64,000 bases of DNA, taken from Phoronis australis. Taxonomy: Eukaryota; Animalia; Phoronida. A program made the position numbers and the translations under genes. The notes under the pieces were generated by a model. The model saw only the letters and a list, made by a program, of their open reading frames with translations, had not been told where the DNA came from and did no database searches. Positions 38,078-50,900 of the stretch are shown in pieces (the stretch's first letter is position 1; each line of letters opens with the position of its first letter). Where the stretch lies: the NCBI GenBank assembly GCA_002633005.1, contig NMRA01000286.1, positions 34,067 through 98,066 on the forward strand, given 5' to 3'.

Positions 38078-41000
38078 CTTGTAAGCACGATTTACCAGTC
38101 TGGTGTGGGTTTTTATTTTGTTGAAAACCTACAGCCAAGTTTGATGTTTGATAGCAAAGTTTGTTTAATTTTTTTAGTTTTTTAAAAATGCATTCTAAAC
38201 CATTTTGCCATGGATGAAGGCCGGCCCTTGAGTGTATTTTGCTATAGAGTGTTCAAAATTGTTTTGTGGTGAACTTGCTGCTTTTAATCTTTCAGTTGCA
38301 AACCTTAAAACCTTGCACAAATTCACAAACGTAGTATGAGATTCTGGTAATCCCTCATACTGCAAAAGCCAAACTGTATTGTTACCTGTGACATTGAATT
38401 CCCACAAATTCCTAAAGTTGCAAAATTGTTGTGGTATTTTATGTGCATTTCTGAAGTTTTCCAGAGACAATCTCATGGTGCCGACACACCATGCCTGCAT
38501 GGCCTTTTTATAAATTGGGCTGTGATTCGGTGAACATTTGTTTAGTTTCAGATATCCCGTTCTTTTTTTGAGTACAGGTATGTGTTGTTTGTAGGTGCTA
38601 TAAGTGTCGCACCCCTGAATGTGGGGCTCCTTGCTTTGGTGAGTTCATTTCCCGTTTGGCATCGCATTTGATGTGTCGACGAACCTTGACTTTGAATCAA
38701 ATTTATATGCATTCGTACTCAAAGGTTTAATCAATTTAATGTGGTGGAAATGTGAAATTTTACTTGTTCATTTTTTGTTAAACATAAATAGTACCAAACA
38801 ATTTATGCTTTGTTATTTTAAAGTTCTATACCATATCTACGGTCAAACAATATTAAGTATTTGAAAAGTGAAAAAAGATCAAATTGGGCAATTATTTTTG
38901 TCTGAAATTTGTGAGGCTTATTACCATTATAATAATAATTCTACAAACATTGCTAAATGCACTGAACTTTGCCTGTCACTAATTATGTTTAAAATGATCA
39001 ATTTTCTCCCTTCTATTTGAGTGTTCCAGGAATGTTTATTTTATCTTCCTGATTCAAGTAGGCAGTTTTAATTAAGCAGTGTTTAGTCTAATGGTATCTA
39101 TTTTAGGGTCTGAAAATGTCAGTGCCAAGTCTAGAGCCGGCTGAGTGGAAACCTATGAGGGCAATAAAGTCCAGCCTTCTGACAGCAAAGGGCCTGATTT
39201 AGGCCACTTACTGTTGTAAAATTGGTCTTATCTTTTTCCCTACTCAGTTTCAACATAAAGTCTTGGCTTGACAGGTCATTACTGAGTGTCACACAATCCC
39301 ATAATACTAAAGGGCCATCAGGATGCACTGCACAGCTATTATCGCTGTTTTGCTTTGGCTTCAGTCCAGTCAAAAGAGCTGGAAAAGGTGGCAATTGTTT
39401 GGCAACTATTGAGGCCTATCTTGTACAGTAACATGAAAATTTGATTCCCACAGTGTGTTAAGAGCATAAATTGCTAAATGTACTGAACTATTAGGCTTCT
39501 TGGCTTGCTTTTGCTTATTCACCCCTAGAATCACTGTTTAATAACAGCTGGGAATGGCACCACAGGTACTATGGTGTTCTATTCAGACCCCTATTCATGC
39601 AACTTCTGTTTGTGCTAGCCTATGGCACCGATGCAATATGGCATGAAAAGGCAACTTCACCTATCATTTGATGGATCTACAGTTAAGTTCAAGTTTTGTT
39701 GAAGTTAAGCTTGAAATTAGCCCCATCAATTAAAAACTGGGCTTGCTTTTAAGTTAAAACTTGGAACAACATTGTGTTCTGATATGAAGTTGCTTGCTGT
39801 GTCTGGTTAGTTTACCAACTGGCTGTAATATATGTTTATGCTCGGAATATGTCCCGAAAATAATAGGTGCGTCGCAAGCTCCGTTTCCAGAGATACAAAG
39901 GAGACCATGTATAGGCGATATAAGGTCATTTATTATGACTGATAAGGTACAGAAATATGAGGTAATATATGTATATTGGCAGTCACTCAATGGGCAGGGA
40001 TGTTGTAATCAATTTCTAATCAAATGAACAACAAGGCCATCAACCATCCTTTGGAAGAGCAAATTAACTGGCCTGAGAAGAAAGTTGCTGATTTAAGACC
40101 AGAACATGGTTTACAGTTGTATTAGGTAATATATCTATTTCCGTGGGATATCCCAGTTCATACAATGGCAGGTGTCTAATATTTTGATTTAATTTTGCCA
40201 GGGTTGCAAAAATTAAGCCACGAAATAAGTCAAGTTAACACTTGTTGTGGTTACTGTGGTCCCAAGGGAGCTTTAGTGTTATTTTTGGCCTAAAATCACT
40301 GATTCTTATCTTACTTTGAGCTTTGCTATTTTTGACCCACTGATGTAGTGCTCAGCGTTACTTGAAACATTTTTTGTTTGAAGTGCAACGCTTTACTCCA
40401 AGCTAAAGCTGTTTGCATTTTACATGTTGCCAACTGCAAGACCGTCTGCATTTCAATGCAGAATTTATTAGACTTCCCATGTCTCTTTTGAACAAAATTT
40501 TCTCTTTAACAAATATGTAAAATTGAATGCCTGTGTATATTGACTGCCAGGTTTGGTTCCCTGTCGATAAATGGTGTTGCCCAAAAGGGCTCTGAACAAT
40601 TCTTGGCCTGATATTGACTAGCTCATGATCACTCTCTTGAAAAGCCATGTACTCTTGAACTGATTCTCAAAAGTTGGAAGCAGATTTGAAACCTTTTTAC
40701 AAAGTTAGATTGGTTCCGTACTAGTTCTGTGTTTTTATAGAAATACTTTCATCAGGAAATTGACCTTTTCGCCAATCAAAAATTGGGAAAGTTTGCATTT
40801 TTGTTGAAAATTAGTATGCCCCTGAAGTTGATCAAATTTTGAAAACTTGTGAAAAGCTTTTTTATTAGAAATTTCTATTAAATAACCCTTAGTTGATAAG
40901 ACCTTTGTAAGTGATATTTTAGTTGTGGTTAAAATATGCACATCAAAGCCGGTGTATTTCAGGTCAAAATAGTGCTTTGAAAAAGATCCATACCTCCAGT

Positions 41001-44000
41001 ATTCTAAGGTGTTGTTCAAAGCATGGCTGCTCATTAAAACTATTTTTCTACTCATCCAGAACAGATGTCTGTAAAACAAACTGACCTTTTTTCTGTCAGT
41101 ACAGTGTCTTTCAAAACTATGCAGCTGTGTGTGAAGGCTGCGAAACTGGCAATTGATCATCTCTGCATGTTGTTTAAAGCATCATTCCATATGTCCATTT
41201 GATAGTTTTATCCTTTTGCAGAGAAAACAATTAGCCTCTAAAGATTTGGCTAGTTTTTTAGAAGAAGCCTGCTTGAATGCACCTGAATTTCATTTGTGCT
41301 AAATTTCACAAGCAAGAGTTCAAAATTGTTGCTGGTAAACCCTTTGAATCTTGAAAATGTGGGTAGATAATGGCCATCTTCCTTATCTGTTTCCAGCATT
41401 TACTGCACATAATCTTCATACAGCTTGGTAGATGTGCTCACTATGAAGCTGGTGAAATATTTCATCACAACCCCCAGGTGGATCTTGCTTCTGCCATGCC
41501 CCCTAGTTGCAATTTTATATTTGCCTCTGTATTGATAAAGTTCCTTAACGCATTTTTCTAAAAGCTTGACAAAAAGGTTTCCATTATACAGTGGGATTTT
41601 TCCTCTTTCTCAATATCAAGTTCCTTGATGGGTCTTTGGCAAAGTTCCTATAAAAGTGACGGCAGTACCTGTTCAGTTTTGGATGGATACTGTGCCCTTT
41701 TGGCCTTTTTCTGTTATTGTCATGTAACTTTTTGCCATACGGCTCCATATTCATGTATCAATTGAACAGTTAACAGATGTGCTCCTGTTGACGAGAGATT
41801 ATGGCCGACATTAATTTTTTGGGCAAATCCGCTTTGACGTCCCCCTTAGTGCCAATTTTAGTTTTCTTTTCTCAATATCTACCAAGTGATGGATATTTAC
41901 GAAATTTGACATATGTGATCCTGTTCAAAGGAGAATGCAGATACTAGATAAACATGTGGTTAGCACCAGTTAAAACAAATGGATTACTGTGGCTAAACAC
42001 ATACTGTAGCATTTTTGTGTCTTCCTCAATATCTACCTACTAGTTCAATAAGTTTGGTGTATGAGTTTCTTTTGAGAAGAGCATGCTGGTGTTGCTTTTT
42101 GGACAGGTTATTGTAATGATCCTTTGGGGGTGTTTCTGTTTTCTTTGTGTCTGGCTCAGTGTCTTCCAAACTCTTTTATCTGTCTTCATGAAATTTGACA
42201 TATGTGTTCCTATTGAAGAAAATGCCGCTGGAGTTGATTTTTGGAAGGATCTGACAGCTGTAGTACCCTCTGGTGGCAAATTGCCATTTCCTTAATGGAT
42301 CTTCTTGAAGTTAGATCTTTGTGTTCCTAATAAGGAGAACACAAGTGTTTTCAGACGGCCATGATAGAAATACTTGAAAATACCAGCACTGCTTATATGT
42401 ATTACCTTTTGTGATGCACTCGGTTGGGCGCTTGTCAATACTCTGCATTTCTCTTGCTAAAACTAACACCACCATTTTGTAGCCACCCTGTAGTTCCGAG
42501 TTTAAATTGCTGTGAAGTGTCTGAGTATATTCACATGCACTGCAGCAGAGGTCTATTAAAAGTATGTACGAAATGACCACTCACCGCTGCTCTAGAGTTT
42601 TCATAGAAGATATAGACAGATTCCAATAGCATGCACTGAGTTGGGAATGGTTTATTCTGCTACTGGCCAAAACATCTGATGCAAGCCAGTATCACTGCAA
42701 AACCATCTGTATTTGTGTGGAGTGGAAGGATGGTTGTCAGTCTTTGAAATACCGTCAGTTATTGACATGTTGTCTAAAGATGAAATCAAGTGTTGACTTT
42801 TACTTGTTTCAGGGTATTTTCGACTGAAGGTTTGGAAAGATAAGTTTTCAAGCATTTTTAGTGCTATGTGGTATCTGCGGTAGATAATGTGCTGGTGTAG
42901 GCTGTTTCAGATTAGGTAGACTTACCTAATTACTAGATTTTGGTTCAGACTTTAAATTTCAAGGGTTTTGGTTATTATACCTTAACTTTGTAGACTTCGT
43001 CTACTGACTTGGTTTTCTCCTTGCTTTCGTAACTTTTTAGTCGATGTTAGATTTTACTAAATTAACATTGTGAAAGCTCCATGTAGAATCATCCTTGAAA
43101 ACCACCATTTTTGTTCATGTGTTGGGATGTAACCCTTGTTTTTTTGTTGTTTTTTTAATCCTGGTAGTTAGCGTTTCAACGCTCAGATGATGAAATCATG
43201 GACCAAAGATCCCTGCTACCTTGATTCAAATTCCACTTTGAAATTTGTAGTTTCAGCTTGTCTGATACAAGTAGTACTGTGTGGTTGGGTTTTATTTGAG
43301 ATACATTACAATATTGGACGGGTGAAGTTTTATTTTATCAATTTTTTTATGGGAATTATAGTTGTTTTTAGCATGTTTTGTTTAGAATTAAGTGTCACCA
43401 AACCTTGTTAGAGTTGTGAGCTTTTGTAGTGATATTAAGTCTATGAAAAATAGAAAAATGTCTACGGTAAAAATCTGACCAATTTTGGATGCAATAGGAC
43501 ATACAAGTGGGAGTTTTGTTTTTCATAAAAAATAACACCAAATAAATACACTATCATGTTGAAGTTCTATACTATAGGTACCATTAGATTATATGCTTTA
43601 ACAAACTGTGGTCATTCACAATTGTATTTGAAGCCTTTGATAAAGGGAAAAAGATCAACTTTGGCCATAATTTCTGTCCGAAATTGAAGACTTTTTACCG
43701 TAGTTGATGTTGTTAAGAGTTGGTTATGGTGGTTTTGTGACTAATTTTAGCAGGTTCACTGACATTATGGTTTGGATTCATTGATAATCTGCTTCATTAG
43801 GAGGTTTATGTCATTAAGGCCCTTTTGTTACTCATCACCTGATCCCTGTTTAGCTTGTAGTCCTCGTGGAAATACTGAATACACAGATATTTACTGCTAC
43901 AAAAAAAAAATTTCAGAACTCGCCCAAATATGGTCTGTGTAGACTGAAGGTGGTAGGGAAATTTAAGATGTAAGGCGAAGGAAAGTCAAATTTTAAATGT

Positions 44001-44846
44001 TTTTCCTGAGTTTGAAATATTGGTCTGAAGAAATTTGCAAAATGCTGTTGCCACAACTGATACAGACCTGGAAAAGTTCAGATTTCCACCAAAAATTCCA
44101 GGTTTGGAGTCCTGTCAGCTACAAAATTCTGTAGAAACCAATGTTCCATCGAGAAAACGGATAGTTGAAGATTTCTTCTTAGAGATGTGCATCTAGCATT
44201 GCTTAGCTATTGCCAAAAGTGCTATAGATTTCAGTTTTGGATGTAACGGGTTAAATTTTTACTATTGCAATGCTCCCGTGCCATGCTTATGATTGCCGTG
44301 TCTCAACTAAAGAAGAAGCAGGTGTGAGAATTTGTCTGTCCTTCTGACACCTGAAATCCTTAATGCCTGTTTTTGCTTTCGTAGCATTAATTAGTTTGGA
44401 CGCCTAAGCAGTTACCATTCATTATTAATGCATTTTGTTATGCAAGAGGCTTTCTGCTTTTTCCTCCGAAGGTATTCTGCTGGTTTCTCAGTGAGCGTTC
44501 AGACAGTCATAGAGGCAAGACGTCCTAACAACCTGTCAGCCATGCTGTGTTGACCGTGGCATCTTGGAATTAGATTGACTGGGAAATTATATCGTACAAA
44601 CGATCATCAAGCCCCTGTAATCACTCCAGAATTTATTCAATTATCCACCAATGAACCGAAGTCAGTGAAACCCTCATTAAAAGCAGTTGGTGCGATTGAC
44701 ATCTCAGAATTTGGAATTGATCCATCCTCAGTGTTGAACGTCTGTCATCATGTGTTCCCATTGCTTTGGATCTGTGAATCATCTGTTATTTGTTGTCACT
44801 GAATTTCACCGCGCGTAACTCGCAGTGTGTGGTGCGGTGCACCGTC

Positions 44847-44953
44847 ATGTCTTCGTCTAAGGAAACATCACCAGGATCCAAGGCAGCGCAGGTAGTGCCT
44901 ACACCTGTTTCACCACCCCGTGCTCTTCAGAACCAGTTTCGCATCAGATACAG
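44847..44953 (+). CDS. KCNAB: Kv-beta first coding exon ([10 protein letters not shown]...NQFRIRYR), best-supported N-terminus
   Basis: ATG 44847, ends TAC AG|gtttgt (phase 2), restoring the conserved YR|NLGKSG junction. Confidence 0.8.
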
Positions 44954-47900
44954 GTTTGTGTGTTCAGATATCCACATATTTTGCACTGCTGCATTGAAGT
45001 GCCTATCTTTTACTGACAGTCTGATTGGCTGAATTATTTCAATAATATTTCCGTCTGTGATGTTTTTCCTGTGTTAGTTAGGTCTTTATTACAATCAGGT
45101 AAGGAAGTAGTAGGCAACATTTTGTGGAGAGGAAGAGTATCTCTGATGAAATCTACATGATGTCATTCTGTTCACTATCAAGTCAAAACATTTCGATAAT
45201 GTCTTGAAGTTTATGTGTGCTGCCACCCTGATGCCTGCAACAAAACTCAGACAGTGGACTGAAGCTTGTAATGATTGCCTGCTTTAACAGTGAACCTGGT
45301 GGATTAATATAACGAACCATTTGCACTCATATTATTCAAGGTAAGCCGCAAAAATGGCATTTTGAGACCTGCAGTCACGGACAGAAACCCAAAGAAATGC
45401 CCTCCTGTATTAATTTGGGCCAAGGCTATATAGAAAGATTAACTAAAGCACATAAGCAAATTTTGAAACGCCATAATTCGCCAAGCGACTATTAAAAAAA
45501 TACACCAGTTTTGGTCATTTCAGGATTTTCGTTTTTTGAAAAAGTGAGCAAGAAAAAATACCACACCATCAAGTAGATTTTCAAAAAAATCACATAAGAA
45601 CCAACTATGTTTCCCTGCCTTAGTTGGTTTTTTATTATAATTATGTGCATGGTTGGGGAGGTACTTACACTAATTTTTCCATGTCGTATAAGGGTGATGG
45701 TTACATACCAATAGTTCTGAATCTAGATGCTGTATGTACTCTTGTTTAAATAAATGCATTTTTCAAAATGATTACGCGTATTAAGGCGCCTATCCCTAAA
45801 TTTCGACTTGTTGGTTTCACTCTAAAATTTCATTGCGCCCATGTTCGGTTAACCGCCCATCCCCTACTTTAGGTGGATTTTCGATTTAACCGCCCACTGC
45901 TCGGTTAACCGCCCTCCCCCGATTTTTTGGATTCGCCAATTTAACAGCCCAGGGCATTAACGCGAACGATTACGGTATGTACTTGTGCCTGATTACAGTT
46001 TCAAACATATCTTCACAATCAGAGTGTCCCAGAGCGACTGATTTGCGATTTTCAGGAACTGAGTTGGTGTCATTTTGTAGGTTAACGCTGTTTCATTGCT
46101 GTTTGCTTTTAAATTATATTCAGAAACACTTTTAACTACAGGCAAATAATGTCTTCCTGATGGTAGTGCTATTTTCTCTCCCTGGCCATTGTTCACTAAC
46201 TTGATTGACTGTCTCATTGAGGCACTATTCATTCTTCAGAGATGAACTAGTAAAATATATTGATTCACTAGTATTTAGTCTTTGAGAACAAACCTGACTT
46301 GTTTCCTCATTCAAATCCAATTTCATGCTTCCTTTGCCGGTGAATTAGGGCAGAAAACTTGTATAATATCGTCATTCATTCAACACAGATTTGATACCAT
46401 GGGAGATATCAATAATGGGTTCTTTTATTAACTCGATTTGTGGAAAGTATCTTTGATTTGGATTTAATGCACCGAATCTGAAACCTGTCCAGTGGTTAAT
46501 ATTTGATTATTGTAAAATCCAATAAAAACTACATTTCATGTATTTGAATGTGTATTACATGCTCTGCCTTGGAACTTTAAAGTTGTTATTTACATTATTT
46601 TCTATTTATCATTCTTCGCTACAATATTGAATCTATAACTGCTAAAATAGGATAAACAATCAAATTTACATGTCAATTGTGTCTCCCTTAGACTAAATAA
46701 AAGAATATATTAATTCTTTTGTACTCCAAATTTAAATTATGTTCTTGAAACTTTGTTTAAAATTAGTCTATGGACAGCTTAGCCTGTTTCATGCTAAGGA
46801 TTAAAGGCGAAGGCAACCTTTTTCCATGTCATTTTGAGCTAAAATAAGGTTGGTTGGTTATCCTAGACATATTTGTCACTTAATTACAGCTTTTCGTAAT
46901 TTTATTAATTATTCGTCCGCTTTTCCGGAAGTGACGTTTTAGGAGGCAAGCGCTTCCCGCCAATTTCTTTTCACATAGTCTGACTGTGAGAGCTGTCGAG
47001 TCAGTCATTGTTCTACCTCGGTTGTGTTAAGTTCCGTCGTCGTTCGCTTTCATTTACTAGTCAGTCAACATGCCACACTGTTGCTGCGTACCGGGATGTA
47101 GTAATTATCGGCTCACGCGCGCTTTGGGAGTGCCTTTGCATCGCTTTCCGATGGATGACACACTTCGCCGTACTTGGCTCGTTCGTGTGAAGAACGCAGC
47201 GTTACCCGTCCACGCAACGTACAAAGCAGTGGAGAATTACCGTGTGTGTGGCAAGCACTTTCTGCCGTCCGATTACGAAAGGGATTTGTACGCTGAACTG
47301 ATGAAGGTCCCCGCGAAACAACGCTTGAAGAAGGATGCCATTCCGTCTGTGTTGATTCCCGGCAGTGCCCCGTCGCCACCCCCGAGAAGTGCGTTTTTGA
47401 AGCGAGAAGCCTCGCGAGCTGTGGCCAGTACAGTGACTGGAGCCAGTGGAGGCACTTCATCTACTGTCACCCGTGCCTCCGAACGTACCCCAGAGCGTGC
47501 AATTCCTGGAACCAGTAGTGATTCGCCCTGTGCTGTTTTCTCCAGCCCAGAGCCTCTAAGCAGCCCTGCAGCGATATTGAGTAGTGGGAGTGATTACAGG
47601 CCCAGTTCGACACCCAGTGAAGAGGACAGTTCGTCGTCCAGTGAACAGATCGGTGAGCCAAACTTTGATAAGTTTATTGTGGACTTGTCTAAAGTGTTGG
47701 AGCTATTTAGAAGGTGCCAGGTGTGTGGCGAGGGAGTCACACGACACAATGTAAGCAGTTTGGGTGCTCAGGTCACCATCCAGTGGGAGTGTGTCACGGG
47801 ACACTCTGGCAAGTGGGACAGTTGTTCCTCTGTCCGTGGTATGCCGGAGGTCCACTTAACCATGTCCAGTGGTGTGCTCTTCACTGGAAACACGTTTCAG

Positions 47901-50900
47901 TCGGTGAAGACAATGATGGACTTTGGAAAAGTCAAGTTTTTTTTCGAAAACAACATTCAACAACATTCAGAATTCCTATTTAATACCAGTTGTCAATGAC
48001 GCATACATGTCACAACATCTCGAGTTGGTGGCGGAATTCATGGAGAAGGAGAACTTGTCTGACTCACCAGGGCGGTCCGCCAAGTATACCACATACACTC
48101 TAATGGAGGAAGAGACCAAAAAGATAATTGATGTGGAACTCGGAACAGCACAAGCATTCAATTGAGGTAGGCATAACAACGCACACAGTGCATTTGCACC
48201 AAGATGTGTCACCACGTCTGTCTTCAGTAGCCGCCTCGTTTCTCTCAACAGCTGCCTGTGCCTGTGTGTACTCTGCCTCGTTGTACTCGGGCTCAAACAT
48301 GTACCCACCCACTGAATGTCCGTGAAAAAATTCCTCGTCACCACTGCTGTGAACAAGGTCTCCGTCACTCACACTACTGTCACTGTGATACGGGTCACCG
48401 ACTCCAGCCATTTTCAGCTTACAACACACTAAACAATCCCTAAATCCAACGCAGTTGAGTTCTCTACTAACCTATCTTGCCGCAGAATACTCGCCGATGG
48501 AAAGTGGTGGCGACAATTGGTGAAAAATAGCACAAAACAAAAGTAGAATAGAACAGATTCGCACAGTAAGCTCAACGCAAAACCAAGTGGCGGGAAGCGC
48601 TTGCCTCCTAAAACGTCACTTCCGGAAAAGCGGACGAGTAATTAATAAAATTACGAAAAGTTGCAATTAAGTGAAAAATATGTCTAGGATAACCAACCAA
48701 CCTTATTTTAGCTCAAAATGACATGGAAAAAGGTTGCCTTCGCCTTTAAAGTTAGACAATTTCTAGACAAAAGGTAGAAATCCGTAGCTTGCTCGGGAGC
48801 AGCCTAGAGTCCAAAGACAAAAGCCAAAAAACTTGTATATTTGTGGTCAGATATCTGACTTTTGGCTGAAGTCAAAAGACATTAGATGCTTTGAGAAACA
48901 CATCCCAAAAGTTATTTTTAGTTAAAGCAGCATTTAAGCCAAACTTACACACTAATTCCTTATCTCTGTGATTGCTTGGTCAAATTAGTTAGAAACACAA
49001 CATATAGCAACAGTGTGAATATGAAGTACGTTGAAAATTGCCAAATGTTTTTAAGAACAAGTTTTGTGTCGAAAATGATCCGCCGTAAGTCACTCAACAG
49101 TGTTCAGTAAGTCTGGTGATGTAGTGTTAGGAAATAACACTGCATGATGTGGGCTATCAGGCCTCAAGGTACATCGTTAGTGCAAAGGTCACCTGTTTGC
49201 AGAAGCTTTTGTTTTCACGCTTACAAGTTGTCAATGAATACAACTGCACTTTGTTTAGTGTATATGATGTTCAAATAGCATTATCGTTTAGTTCTTGCTA
49301 TACATTAGCATATTTAGGAACATTCAAATACATTTTTAAACTTGTGCTTTCTGTCAAAATGTTTACATGACCTAAGATTTTATGGACTTGGTCTGATGTG
49401 GTCTTTTGACTAACGAACACCTTGAGACGAAAACTAGTTCTTTTGAGAGGAAGCACATGGTGAATGTGATGTCAGGGATATGCAGGTAGCTGTCAACAAT
49501 ACCGGGAAAGCATAAATCATAGACCTGCATTCTCTGGAGGACTTCGATTGCAGCATTAGAAATTGAAATTCTTGAAAGTGCCCAAAAATTATTATAACTG
49601 TCACCATTGTGGAACCCTGTAATAAAGGTTTGTAACAAATATCCTTGTGATGTTATTAGGAAATTATGTACACTCACAGTTATGAGCCATGTGTGCAGGT
49701 GTACAAGTGCCCTGAGAAGGCTGAGGAATGTACCAAGAGCATATTTGAATGAGGAAACACTGTCCCCCTTAGCTCTTCTGCATATTCACTATTGAGAATA
49801 AGTTAACTCGCAACAAAGTTGTCACGATGGTTTCCCAGAATGAACAGAGAAAACTAAGAGTTGGACGGTGTTGTGTTTGAGTAAAAGCTCTCCCTCCCAT
49901 CCTCTCTCCCTCCCCTCTCTCCCNCCTCCCTCTCTCCCTCCCTCTCTCCCTCCTTCTCTCCGGCTCTCTTCTATGACTTGGATTCATTCACGTTAGTCAG
50001 CCAAAGTCAGAGGCTCAATTAATAGTTTGAAACCTCACAGTGTTAAGTTGGACACAGAGGACGCATGTAGCACTTGGGCAAGCTTTTTAAAGATAATAAG
50101 ACCACTGGCCCATATTACAAATAATGTCACTTATACCACAATATTAGCGTCAAATGGCAGATACAACCCCATGTAATAACCCATAAAGTTATCTCACTAG
50201 TGAGATAAAGATTTGGCGGGAAACCGAGGACAGAGTCGAACCCGGGACCCTGGAATTTGGAGGTCGCTGACTTAACCACTACACCACGCAGCGACTGACG
50301 TCATCAAGAGTGAAAATAGAATACTTAAATGAGCACGCGCAATAATCGCACGTTCAACAAAGCGCATTGTATTGTACTTATACGCTACGAAAAATAAGAC
50401 ATAATTTCCACAAAAATGATATCTTAATTCAGTGAAATTTTTCTCTCATGTCCTCTTACTTGTAGATCTCCAGTTTGAATGCGGGTATCATGTCGTCAGG
50501 ATCTTTGACTTGAGAATTATATTCAGTTACCAGTGGTAACCTACTTTAGCAGACGATAATTTCCCGGTCGAAGCTTAGCGTGAAAAAAAACATGTTTTAA
50601 GCTATAATTGTTGGTAAACCTTAATTTATAAATTCAATTTATTTCTATTATATTTAAGTTTTCAATTGGTTTTGAGTAAAAGCATTATTTGACAAAAATA
50701 GCCCGGCTTTTCTTAAAAGGTCACGACCTCCGACCCCGGGCCTCTGACATAGAAAGTAGTTACAACAGTAGTTATAATTATGAACATGTGAGCATACATT
50801 TTATACTGAATAGATTCATGTCTTGACTTAGTTGTTTATAAAAATGTTTACATGCGTTATGTTTATCAAGATTAACCCGTTTATACAGATTTATTTTCAT

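Larger units (their letters stand above)
46805..48745 (+). mobile_element. Kolobok DNA transposon, internally deleted (THAP-DDE transposase plus convergent KolX-like ORF)
   Basis: TTAA at 46801-46804 and 48746-48749; AG...CT termini; 158-bp TIRs (46805-46962 / 48588-48745) with about 4 mismatches; two convergent ORFs. Confidence 0.9.

Noticed and set aside
45841-45977. Complete mariner-like element ending TACGG|TA with cggttaaccgccc repeats
   Set aside because: Only one terminus is visible and no partner TIR was found, so it is a fragment at best.
47113-48368. Overlapping antisense or alternative-frame ORFs inside the Kolobok element
   Set aside because: Shadows of GC-richer coding sequence; only the THAP and KolX-like frames carry motifs.
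49769-49987. Arg/Glu/Gly-rich ORF
   Set aside because: It is a translation of the CT microsatellite.
50214-50296. Functional tRNA-Trp(CCA)
   Set aside because: A and B boxes are present, but the acceptor and anticodon stems do not pair.
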